A DNA stretch of 64,000 bases from a virus (lineage: Duplodnaviria > Caudoviricetes): IMG/VR virus record IMGVR_UViG_3300011113_000415. One strand, 5' to 3'. The notes under the pieces were generated by a model, which had not been told where the DNA came from, did not search any database, and saw only the letters and a list, made by a program, of their open reading frames with translations. Within the stretch, counting starts at the first letter, position 1, and every line of letters starts with the position of its first letter. Below, one piece after another: positions 56,884 through 64,000 of the stretch. The position numbers and the translations under genes are program-made.

Positions 56884-58257
56884 TTAACTAGATGGTTGAT
56901 AGGGTTGAGTTGGAGGATAGGGATTGGCAGGTTTGTTGCCACCTTGATCACCATTGCTCAAATCGGGTTGCAGGGCCTGACTCAAACTTTGGCGACTTGG
57001 AATGTTGCCCATGTCTGTGGTCGGCGTAGTGTATGTATTGTTGACAAAACTCGACCGTAAAGTATTGTTGGTGGCTCCAGGTGTGAGTTGTGTGCGTACA
57101 TCACTTTCAATCTTGACCCAAGATCTGCCATTGTAGCGAAATAGTCGATTGGGAAAGTAATCCAATCTCAGTGCATACTGTCCAGCAACAGGATTCACAG
57201 GAAAATTCACACCGGCAGTGACGGGCAAACCATTGGGTGCGCGGCCATCGCCTGTGAGATAACCTGCGGTGTATCCATCTCCGCGTGGAGAATTGCCTTC
57301 GTTGGCCACTGTTCTTGATGCATCAGTTAAGGTATAGTCTGCGGTATAAGTTGCCGTGGAGGGATTGGCAGGTGTACCATCAGGATTGGTGGCCACAATA
57401 TAAAATTTCACAACATCAAAACCGGACTTGGGTATCTCTGCTTCGGCTTGAATCAATATAGCGTCATTGAGTTCAAGATCCTTGGGTCGAGTACTCATCC
57501 GGTCTGCCAATGTATCAGGATTGGATTTTTCTTGCCAATATTGTGTGTTGGTGATGTCCGTGCCCGGCGGCACATTCTTGGTACTGATATAATAGGTGTC
57601 TCCCGACAGCACCGTGACACCCCCAGGGTAAAAATTGCCAGGATCCCAAATGTTGAGTGGCTCAAATGGTTGTTTGGTGATTTCGTTGAACTCTTGAGCA
57701 TTGACCATGGGTGTGCATTTCACTCGCCACAAGTGAGGCAACCAAGTTTGGCTAAAGCCTTCAGAAGCAAATGCCGCATCCTGTATCACGTAAAATTTTG
57801 GTAAGGCACGTGGTATAGTTTGATTTAGTGGATTGTAGTCACGCAGATTGGGCAGTTCCAGCACATCGCCTGACATAAGTTTGCGTCCCACAGTGTCAAT
57901 CATGTTGTTGTAGTGAAACGTTATGAATATGGTATCATTGTTCAAGAACAAGCCAAATTGTGTGAGATCAAAATCAATGTCTTGAGTATTGTAAACTCCA
58001 CGCATGACATACACATCCGGATCGTAGTTGCGGTCTCTGTTTTCTAACAACAGCAAATCTTCGATAAAAAGTGGATTTGATTCTGAATACTTGGGAAGAG
58101 TAGCGTCATTGTCCCCGGTGTTGTCGTTGGTCAGCGGACCCAGGTATTTGTGCAAATACATATCAACGCCTCCAACCTGATACATCTCCGATATTGTTCT
58201 ATCGAAAAACTGGTAGTCGGCTGTTCTGTTGGGTCTGAATAAACTTAGGCGTGGCAT
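56884..58257 (-). CDS. gp14: Neck protein gp14-like (457 aa)
   Basis: EMYQVGGVDMYLHKY, DLLLLENRDRNYD, FGLFLNNDTIFITF, GDVLELP...FYVI; adjacent to gp15. Confidence 0.75.
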   Translation of the reverse strand: MPRLSLFRPNRTADYQFFDRTISEMYQVGGVDMYLHKYLGPLTNDNTGDNDATLPKYSESNPLFIEDLLLLENRDRNYDPDVYVMRGVYNTQDIDFDLTQFGLFLNNDTIFITFHYNNMIDTVGRKLMSGDVLELPNLRDYNPLNQTIPRALPKFYVIQDAAFASEGFSQTWLPHLWRVKCTPMVNAQEFNEITKQPFEPLNIWDPGNFYPGGVTVLSGDTYYISTKNVPPGTDITNTQYWQEKSNPDTLADRMSTRPKDLELNDAILIQAEAEIPKSGFDVVKFYIVATNPDGTPANPSTATYTADYTLTDASRTVANEGNSPRGDGYTAGYLTGDGRAPNGLPVTAGVNFPVNPVAGQYALRLDYFPNRLFRYNGRSWVKIESDVRTQLTPGATNNTLRSSFVNNTYTTPTTDMGNIPSRQSLSQALQPDLSNGDQGGNKPANPYPPTQPYQPSS

Positions 58258-58264
58258 AGTCTAG

Positions 58265-58270
58265 TATTTA
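58265..58270 (-). promoter_or_regulatory. Late promoter box 7 nt before the gp14 ATG
   Basis: CATAAATAC on the minus strand. Confidence 0.65.
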
Positions 58271-58290
58271 TGGGTAATACTTTTGTTTAC

Positions 58291-58319
58291 TTGACCAAAA
58301 AACCTGTTGATGCTATAAT
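58291..58319 (+). promoter_or_regulatory. Sigma70-type early promoter
   Basis: TTGACC-17 nt-TATAAT with extended -10 TG. Confidence 0.75.
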
Positions 58320-58341
58320 TACAGCATATTTTGGAGAACCT

Positions 58342-59478
58342 ATGAAAGCCACTGCCGCACTCAAACCTCTCAATCCCCGTAGCCCTGATACCAAATATGT
58401 AGGATCGGAACCCACTTGGCGAATCCAGCCCACAGAAGGTCGCATCAGTGCTCTAAGCAATGCGTTTGGTTGGTACAATTACTTTTATGGCAAAAAAGAA
58501 GCCAAAGACTTTGTGGTGGCCTATTTGGACAAGCATGAAAAAAGCAAGGAAGCACGACAAATTCGTACCTTACCTGACAGCCAAATGCGACTGACCACAG
58601 GTTGGCTATGCCGTATGAGCATGATGGGCTTGCAATTAAGCGATCATGAACAAATACAGTTAGACAATCTGATTGCAGAACTTGTGGCTGTCAAGCAAGA
58701 AATTCGGGCAGAAGCACAGGTTGCCGATGATGAACCTGCTCGACCCAATATCCAAGACCGTCTTCGTGAAAAAGTTAGCGAATGCGGTGCAGAACTCGAA
58801 GCCATGTTTGATGAGTTTATGTCAGCAGGTGCAAAAATGTCAGCAGACTTCAAGCCCATCATGCTAATCCGTGGCATGAATGTGGCACCGCAAATGATCA
58901 GTGTGATCAGTCATCACTGGAAAGCACGTCTTGCTGAATTTGAGCAGGCCATAGAAGGGCGGGACTCACAACTGGTAGAAGCCTACAGTTTCTTGACAAA
59001 AATTCAATTGCGTAATTGTATCAAGTTCTGCGAAACAGTGATTAATGACTGTGGTGCTTATGTGCAGATTAAAAAAGTGGAACGTAAACCGCGCAAGGTC
59101 AAAGCCGTGCCACCAGAAAAACGTGCGGTCAAGTTCAAGATCATGGCTGAGTTTGCTGAACTCAAACTCAAGAGTTTGCCAGCCGCAAGCCTTGTGGACA
59201 AGTCGGAAGCCTGGTTGTATGACACCAAAAAACGCAAGTTGATTCACTTGGTAGCAGACAGCCACACACAGGCATTCACTGTGAAAAACAACTCAATCAT
59301 TGGCTTCAGCACCGCAGATACACAACAAAAGACTGTGCGTAAACCTGCAGAAACGCTCAAAGCCCTAACAACCGCAGGCAAGCCAGCCGCACGTAAGATA
59401 TTCAAAGACATTAAGACCACAGAAACTGCCTGGAACGCTCGTGGTACCGAAAACTTGATCATTCTCAAGAGTTGGTAA
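58342..59478 (+). CDS. Hypothetical early protein (~378 aa)
   Basis: Start MKATAALKP follows a GGAG SD and lies downstream of the sigma70 promoter; the track start at 58270 is upstream of that promoter. Confidence 0.75.
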   Translation: MKATAALKPLNPRSPDTKYVGSEPTWRIQPTEGRISALSNAFGWYNYFYGKKEAKDFVVAYLDKHEKSKEARQIRTLPDSQMRLTTGWLCRMSMMGLQLSDHEQIQLDNLIAELVAVKQEIRAEAQVADDEPARPNIQDRLREKVSECGAELEAMFDEFMSAGAKMSADFKPIMLIRGMNVAPQMISVISHHWKARLAEFEQAIEGRDSQLVEAYSFLTKIQLRNCIKFCETVINDCGAYVQIKKVERKPRKVKAVPPEKRAVKFKIMAEFAELKLKSLPAASLVDKSEAWLYDTKKRKLIHLVADSHTQAFTVKNNSIIGFSTADTQQKTVRKPAETLKALTTAGKPAARKIFKDIKTTETAWNARGTENLIILKSW

Positions 59479-59483
59479 TGGGC

Positions 59484-59507
59484 TAAATATTGGGTACGGA
59501 GTACCCA
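59484..59507 (+). promoter_or_regulatory. Late promoter TAAATA plus SD-sequestering hairpin TGGGTAC-GGA-GTACCCA for gp13
   Basis: Perfect 7-bp stem (59491-59507) containing GGAG, ending at the ATG (59508). Confidence 0.7.
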
Positions 59508-60275
59508 ATGTCAGAAACCCAAGATAGTTTAACCACACTCAAATCCCAACTGTTTGATTATGTTCGCTTTACTTTGGGCGACCAAATTGTGGATCTTGAA
59601 CTGGACCCTGCACACTACGAAACTGCTTATCAACGCACCATTGGCACTTATAGACAGCGAGCCAACAATGCCTATGAAGAAAGTTACAGTTTCATGCAGT
59701 TGGTCAATCAGGTAAACATCTATACCTTGCCACAAGAAGTTCAAAGTGTGCGACAGATCTTTAGACGCACATTTGGTATTGCCACAGGTCCTTTTGGATC
59801 AAACTTTGACCCGTTCAGTCAAGCACAGATGAACGTGTACTTGATCAACTTCAACCAAGCAGGTGGCTTGGCCACTTATGATTTTTACAGTCAGTATGTG
59901 GAATTGGCCGCACGTATGTTTGGTGGCTACCTAAACTACACTTGGAATCCAGTGACCAAGAAACTGCAACTGATCCGTAGCCCCCCTGGTGGTGGCGAAG
60001 TTGTGTTGCTTTGGACCTATAACCTTAAACCCGAAATTCAATTGCTGAGTGACTACCAAATTCAACAGTGGATCCGTGACTACATGGTTGCGGCCTGCAA
60101 GATGATCATTGGTGAAGCACGTGAGAAGTTTGGACAGATTGCTGGACCGCAAGGCGGCAGCGTCTTAAACGGCACAGCCATGAAAGCCGAAGCACAGGCC
60201 CAAATGGATGCCAAAATCCAAGAACTGGTCATGTACGTGGACGGATCACAGCCACTGACCTTTGTAATTGGCTAA
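59508..60275 (+). CDS. gp13: Neck protein gp13-like
   Basis: LFDYVRFTLGDQIVDLELDPAHY, WIRDYMVAACKMIIGEAREKF, GGSVLNGTAMKAEAQ. Confidence 0.85.
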   Translation: MSETQDSLTTLKSQLFDYVRFTLGDQIVDLELDPAHYETAYQRTIGTYRQRANNAYEESYSFMQLVNQVNIYTLPQEVQSVRQIFRRTFGIATGPFGSNFDPFSQAQMNVYLINFNQAGGLATYDFYSQYVELAARMFGGYLNYTWNPVTKKLQLIRSPPGGGEVVLLWTYNLKPEIQLLSDYQIQQWIRDYMVAACKMIIGEAREKFGQIAGPQGGSVLNGTAMKAEAQAQMDAKIQELVMYVDGSQPLTFVIG

Positions 60276-60994
60276 TGCCCACACTGATAGTAGGTTGTAG
60301 TTTTTGTAGCACCCTTGGTGAACAAAACCCAGATCGATGGCAATCGCGTCCTGACGTAGTGGTACAAGCAACATCAGGAACAGGTAATCAAGCCATGGCT
60401 GCAAGAGTAGCATTTGAATGTTCTAGGTACAATTATAATCGAGTGATTGTGATATGGACAGGAATCAATCGACTTGATACTATGATCACTCGAGATCTAC
60501 ATGAAACGTATCCAGGCGCCAAACAATGTAGACCAGAATACAGTTTCTGTACTCCGTTAGAACAAAGTGTTTGGTACCATTCGGGTGGCCAGGCTGGATC
60601 TTGGACATGGAAAGATTGTCCATCAGAAATACATCAAATTTTTAAAACACAATATCTTGGAGCAAGTCCGAGATATCTTTCAGATATCAGTTTATGCAGT
60701 GTGTTTTACACACAAAGTTTTTTAGAAAAATTAGATATCAAATATCAAATGAGTTTTATCTACAATCCTCTAGCACAATGGTCACACACTAGACACGAGC
60801 ATTATTTTGGAACAATAGATAAACATTCTGCTTACTACAATCTAGTAGACTGGGCAAAGATAGATATCACCAACACTGCCTTTGAATGGGCCAATCAAGA
60901 CCTCAATCGATTGGAAATTGATCAATTGCATCCAACTCGAGACGCTATGAGAGAGTGGATAGATCTTACCTTTAACATAGACATTGCCGCGTAA
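60275..60994 (+). CDS. SGNH-hydrolase-like protein (239 aa)
   Basis: LIVGCSF (block I), SGTGN (block II), DQLHP (block V). Confidence 0.55.
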   Translation: MPTLIVGCSFCSTLGEQNPDRWQSRPDVVVQATSGTGNQAMAARVAFECSRYNYNRVIVIWTGINRLDTMITRDLHETYPGAKQCRPEYSFCTPLEQSVWYHSGGQAGSWTWKDCPSEIHQIFKTQYLGASPRYLSDISLCSVFYTQSFLEKLDIKYQMSFIYNPLAQWSHTRHEHYFGTIDKHSAYYNLVDWAKIDITNTAFEWANQDLNRLEIDQLHPTRDAMREWIDLTFNIDIAA

Positions 60995-61006
60995 CTTTGC
61001 TATAAT
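60978..61006 (+). promoter_or_regulatory. Sigma70-type promoter whose predicted +1 coincides with the exonuclease ATG
   Basis: TAGACA-17 nt-TATAAT with extended TG; ATG at 61013. Confidence 0.7.
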
Positions 61007-61012
61007 CTAGCA

Positions 61013-61534
61013 ATGCACCTGATGATTGATCTTGAGGGTTTGGCAACAGGCCCTGACACTACTATTCTTACCATAGCCGCCCAGGCCTTTGATCCGTTTG
61101 GGTCAGGCTATTACGATCAGCATTACTATGCTAGAATCACACCGGAAAGCCAGGAAAATCGCGCCATTGATGACGGTACAATTGCATGGTGGGCTACACA
61201 ACCAGAACACGCTAGAGAAGAAGCATTTGGCGAGCAAGATCGTATCCCCTTGGATCAAGCATTAGATGAGTTAGGCCGGTTGATTTGGCACTCCAAGATG
61301 ATCTGGGCCCAAGGTCCTACATATGACTGTAACATACTTGAACACGCCTACAAGAGTTATGGCAAAGCCTTGCCTTGGAAATACTATCAGGTACGAGATT
61401 CGAGAACTGTGTTTAGCCTATGGCCTGAACTGCCTATTCCTCCTACCAGCCATCATGCGCTAGAAGACTGTCGCAGACAAATTGGTATGCTTCAAGATAC
61501 GCTTAAATATCTCAACGTAAAGGAACTCAAATGA
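61013..61534 (+). CDS. DEDDh 3'-5' exonuclease (DnaQ-like fold)
   Basis: HLMIDLEGL, WAQGPTYDCNIL, HHALED. Confidence 0.85.
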   Translation: MHLMIDLEGLATGPDTTILTIAAQAFDPFGSGYYDQHYYARITPESQENRAIDDGTIAWWATQPEHAREEAFGEQDRIPLDQALDELGRLIWHSKMIWAQGPTYDCNILEHAYKSYGKALPWKYYQVRDSRTVFSLWPELPIPPTSHHALEDCRRQIGMLQDTLKYLNVKELK

Positions 61535-62196
61535 TCATTGGAGTATGTGGATTCATTGGCTCGGGAAAAGATACTATTGCTGATTATCTCACTAACTTTC
61601 ATGGATTCCGCAGAGAATCATTTGCATCAACATTAAAAGATGCTGTTAGCCAAGTGTTTGGATGGGACAGAACCCTACTGGAAGGGCGCACTAAACAGGC
61701 TCGTGAGTGGCGTGAGCGTGTGGATCCTTGGTGGGCAGAACGCTTGAACATGCCCACACTTACTCCACGTTGGATATTGCAGTACTGGGGTACAGAAGTG
61801 TGCAGAGCCGGTTTTCACGATGACATTTGGATTGCCAGTTTAGAAAACAAACTACGACACAGCCAAGATGATATTGTTATTTCGGACTGCCGTTTTCCCA
61901 ACGAGATTAAGGCCATTAAGAACGCCGGCGGGCGTGTGATTAGAGTAGTGCGTGGCCCTGAACCTGCCTGGTATGATGCGGCTGTAAGCGTAAACCGTGG
62001 ACCCAATGGCAACTCAACCTGGGCATTAAGTCACAAAAAACTTGAAAAATTGGGCATCCATGCCTCAGAAACTGCCTGGGTAGGCACTCAATTTGATGCG
62101 GTGCTAGACAACAACACTACAGTGGATGACTTGTATCAACAGGTCAATGATCTGCTTGCAAGTCTCCTGGACGCCAAGGCACAGTCAAACGTTTGA
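61531..62196 (+). CDS. gp1: Deoxynucleoside monophosphate kinase
   Basis: GFIGSGKDT P-loop, FASTLKD, TPRWILQYWGTE, ISDCRFPNE. Confidence 0.9.
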   Translation: MIIGVCGFIGSGKDTIADYLTNFHGFRRESFASTLKDAVSQVFGWDRTLLEGRTKQAREWRERVDPWWAERLNMPTLTPRWILQYWGTEVCRAGFHDDIWIASLENKLRHSQDDIVISDCRFPNEIKAIKNAGGRVIRVVRGPEPAWYDAAVSVNRGPNGNSTWALSHKKLEKLGIHASETAWVGTQFDAVLDNNTTVDDLYQQVNDLLASLLDAKAQSNV

Positions 62197-62488
62197 CCTC
62201 TTCCACGCAGTTCAAGCAAATGGTGCGTAGGTTTGATAGTTCAGTGTTGGTCATGCGACCATCCACATGATAAACTAACAGTTGACTGGCGTATCTTGAT
62301 TTAAACCCACAGCGATCGCACACAGTTTTTTTCTTATAGCCTGCTGACTGCCAACGTGCTACTGGTGTTTTTTCTCTGCGCCCACGACGTATACAATGAT
62401 CGCATCGGTTGCGATAATAGACTGTTTCACCGCGACGGTAGTTCACAGCCACTGGGCGTTGCTTACATGCTCCACAAATGGGTCTCAT
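62144..62488 (-). CDS. Zinc-finger / HNH-like protein (114 aa)
   Basis: CxxC x3 plus YHVDGRMTNTELSNLRTICLNC; TAAATA box at 62494-99. Confidence 0.7.
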   Translation of the reverse strand: MRPICGACKQRPVAVNYRRGETVYYRNRCDHCIRRGRREKTPVARWQSAGYKKKTVCDRCGFKSRYASQLLVYHVDGRMTNTELSNLRTICLNCVEEVKRLTVPWRPGDLQADH

Positions 62489-62555
62489 GTGCTTATTTAG
62501 TAAAGCGAACCTTTATAAAGGGCAACACAACCAGGGTGGTTTTAGTCTCTATCGA

Positions 62556-62561
62556 TAAATA
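62556..62561 (+). promoter_or_regulatory. Late promoter box for tail sheath
   Basis: GATAAATAT; AGGAG SD at 62602. Confidence 0.6.
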
Positions 62562-62612
62562 TCTTTATGAAAAAATATTTTTTGATATTTTACAAAATTT
62601 TAGGAGAATAAA

Positions 62613-64000
62613 ATGGCCCTTACCAGTCCAGGTGTACAAGTCACCATCGTAGACGAAAGCAACTATCTTTCAGCCGCAACAAATTCGGTACCATACTTTT
62701 TGATTGCCACAGCGCAAGACAAAGTATCCGGATCAGGAGTGGGTGTAGCCGCTGGCACACTCAAGGCCAATGCCAATCGAGCCTATTTGATTACCAGTCA
62801 ACGAGATCTGACTGCTACATTTGGCAATCCCTTCTTTTACAAGACCACTATTGGTACTCCAATCAATGGTTATGAACTCAATGAATATGGTTTATTGGCC
62901 GCTTATTCAGCACTGGGTGTGACCAATCGTGCCTATGTACAGCGTTGTGACATTGATTTAACCCAACTTACAGCCAGTTTGGTACGCCCTACAGGCGAGC
63001 CCGACAACGGTACCTATTGGCTAGACACTGCCAACACCTTATGGGGTATTTGGGAATGGAATGCCACAACAGGCGCCTTCAGTAACATGGTACCAAGTGT
63101 GATTACAGATACTGCTTATTTAAGTGGTGGAGTTCCCATTGACAGTTACGGCAATATTGGTGACTATGCAGTTGTGGCCACAAACACAGCCAATCCTGTT
63201 TATTATAAAAATGGAGCGGCCGATAGTACTCAAAGTACCTCTAGTCATTTGGTCAATCTATACAATACCTGGGTACTGGTGGGCAGTAATGACTGGAAAG
63301 TAAGTTATCCCACAATCACAGGTGCCAACGCTGTCACAAGCGATTTAACTGGTGGAAATACTTTGGTAATCAATGGAACTACTGTTACAGTTCCTGTAGC
63401 CCCTAACAACGATATTGCAGGACTCAGCGCCGCAATTAACTCTGCCGGTATCGATGGAGTCCACAGTGCAGTAATTGACAACAAGTTGACCTTGTATTGT
63501 GATGCTACTTCCTCAGCAGACGGATCATCCGCTGATGATGGTATTATTGTGATCAACAGTTCGGGCAGTACTCCTGGTTTGATTACCACACTAGGACTTA
63601 CTACCAATACTGCTTTCTTTGCTCCACAACTGCAACAAAGTCCAAGTTATCAAAATCCACGTTGGAATTCAACAGGTGCCACACCAAGACCTACAGGTTC
63701 AGTCTGGAACAAGACCAACAGTGTGAATCTCGGCACTACAATGGTTGTGAAAAAATATTCAACTGCCTTGGCTGCTTTTGTACAACAGAGTGCTACAGTT
63801 TATGCCAATGATTGGACAGCCAACGCAACTTTGGATGCAACAGGCGGAGGCAAACTGATTCCAGCCGGAACCACTTACACTCAATACAATGTGAGCCCTG
63901 AAACCAATGGCGGCCCCACCGGCAACTACCCTTTCAATCCCACGTACACACTGCAAGTGTTTGAAAGATCCGCAGTGGGCGCCACAGTGATCACTGGAGA
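62613..64000 (+). CDS. gp18: Tail sheath protein (partial, runs off the right edge)
   Basis: Manual translation MALTSPGVQVTIVDESNY...LITSQRDLTATFGNP...YELNEYGLLAAYSALGVTNRAYVQR; not in the ORF track, consistent with no stop in the window. Confidence 0.9.
   Translation, partial: MALTSPGVQVTIVDESNYLSAATNSVPYFLIATAQDKVSGSGVGVAAGTLKANANRAYLITSQRDLTATFGNPFFYKTTIGTPINGYELNEYGLLAAYSALGVTNRAYVQRCDIDLTQLTASLVRPTGEPDNGTYWLDTANTLWGIWEWNATTGAFSNMVPSVITDTAYLSGGVPIDSYGNIGDYAVVATNTANPVYYKNGAADSTQSTSSHLVNLYNTWVLVGSNDWKVSYPTITGANAVTSDLTGGNTLVINGTTVTVPVAPNNDIAGLSAAINSAGIDGVHSAVIDNKLTLYCDATSSADGSSADDGIIVINSSGSTPGLITTLGLTTNTAFFAPQLQQSPSYQNPRWNSTGATPRPTGSVWNKTNSVNLGTTMVVKKYSTALAAFVQQSATVYANDWTANATLDATGGGKLIPAGTTYTQYNVSPETNGGPTGNYPFNPTYTLQVFERSAVGATVITG

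Noticed and set aside
1-64000. Stop-codon reassignment (as in some jumbo phages)
   Set aside because: Core genes are full length in code 11, and TAG, TGA and TAA all occur as real stops

Overview
64 kb of a large T4-like (myovirus, jumbo-type) dsDNA phage genome read in the standard genetic code. It covers most of the virion morphogenesis region in a rearranged, two-strand layout. Minus strand 1-18211 is a baseplate operon: a >1900-aa wedge protein running off the left edge and missed by the ORF track, gp6, gp25, gp5-like spike, a hub-like protein apparently encoded as two ORFs, gp53-like and gp48/54-like. Plus strand 18325-25199 is an early operon: gp55 late sigma, gp47, three AT-rich accessory ORFs, gp46, radical SAM and GIY-YIG nuclease. 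A ~430-nt highly structured non-coding region follows. Next come gp51/gp26 (minus), tape measure, portal, prohead core proteins, protease, scaffold and major capsid (plus), two putative glycosyltransferases, and a ~17-kb cluster of modular, repeat-rich fibre/adhesin genes. The window ends with Nudix, gp15/gp14 (minus), gp13, SGNH-like protein, exonuclease, dNMP kinase, HNH-like protein and the start of tail sheath gp18. TAAATA late-promoter boxes precede most structural genes. No tRNA, rRNA, CRISPR array, reverse transcriptase or transposase was seen. All product calls come from motif recognition by eye, not database searches. Best leads: (1) the GIY-YIG gene plus adjacent ornate RNA-like element, (2) a candidate phage-encoded fibre glycosylation system, (3) apparently systematic leaderless late mRNAs, (4) structured leaders controlling late genes.
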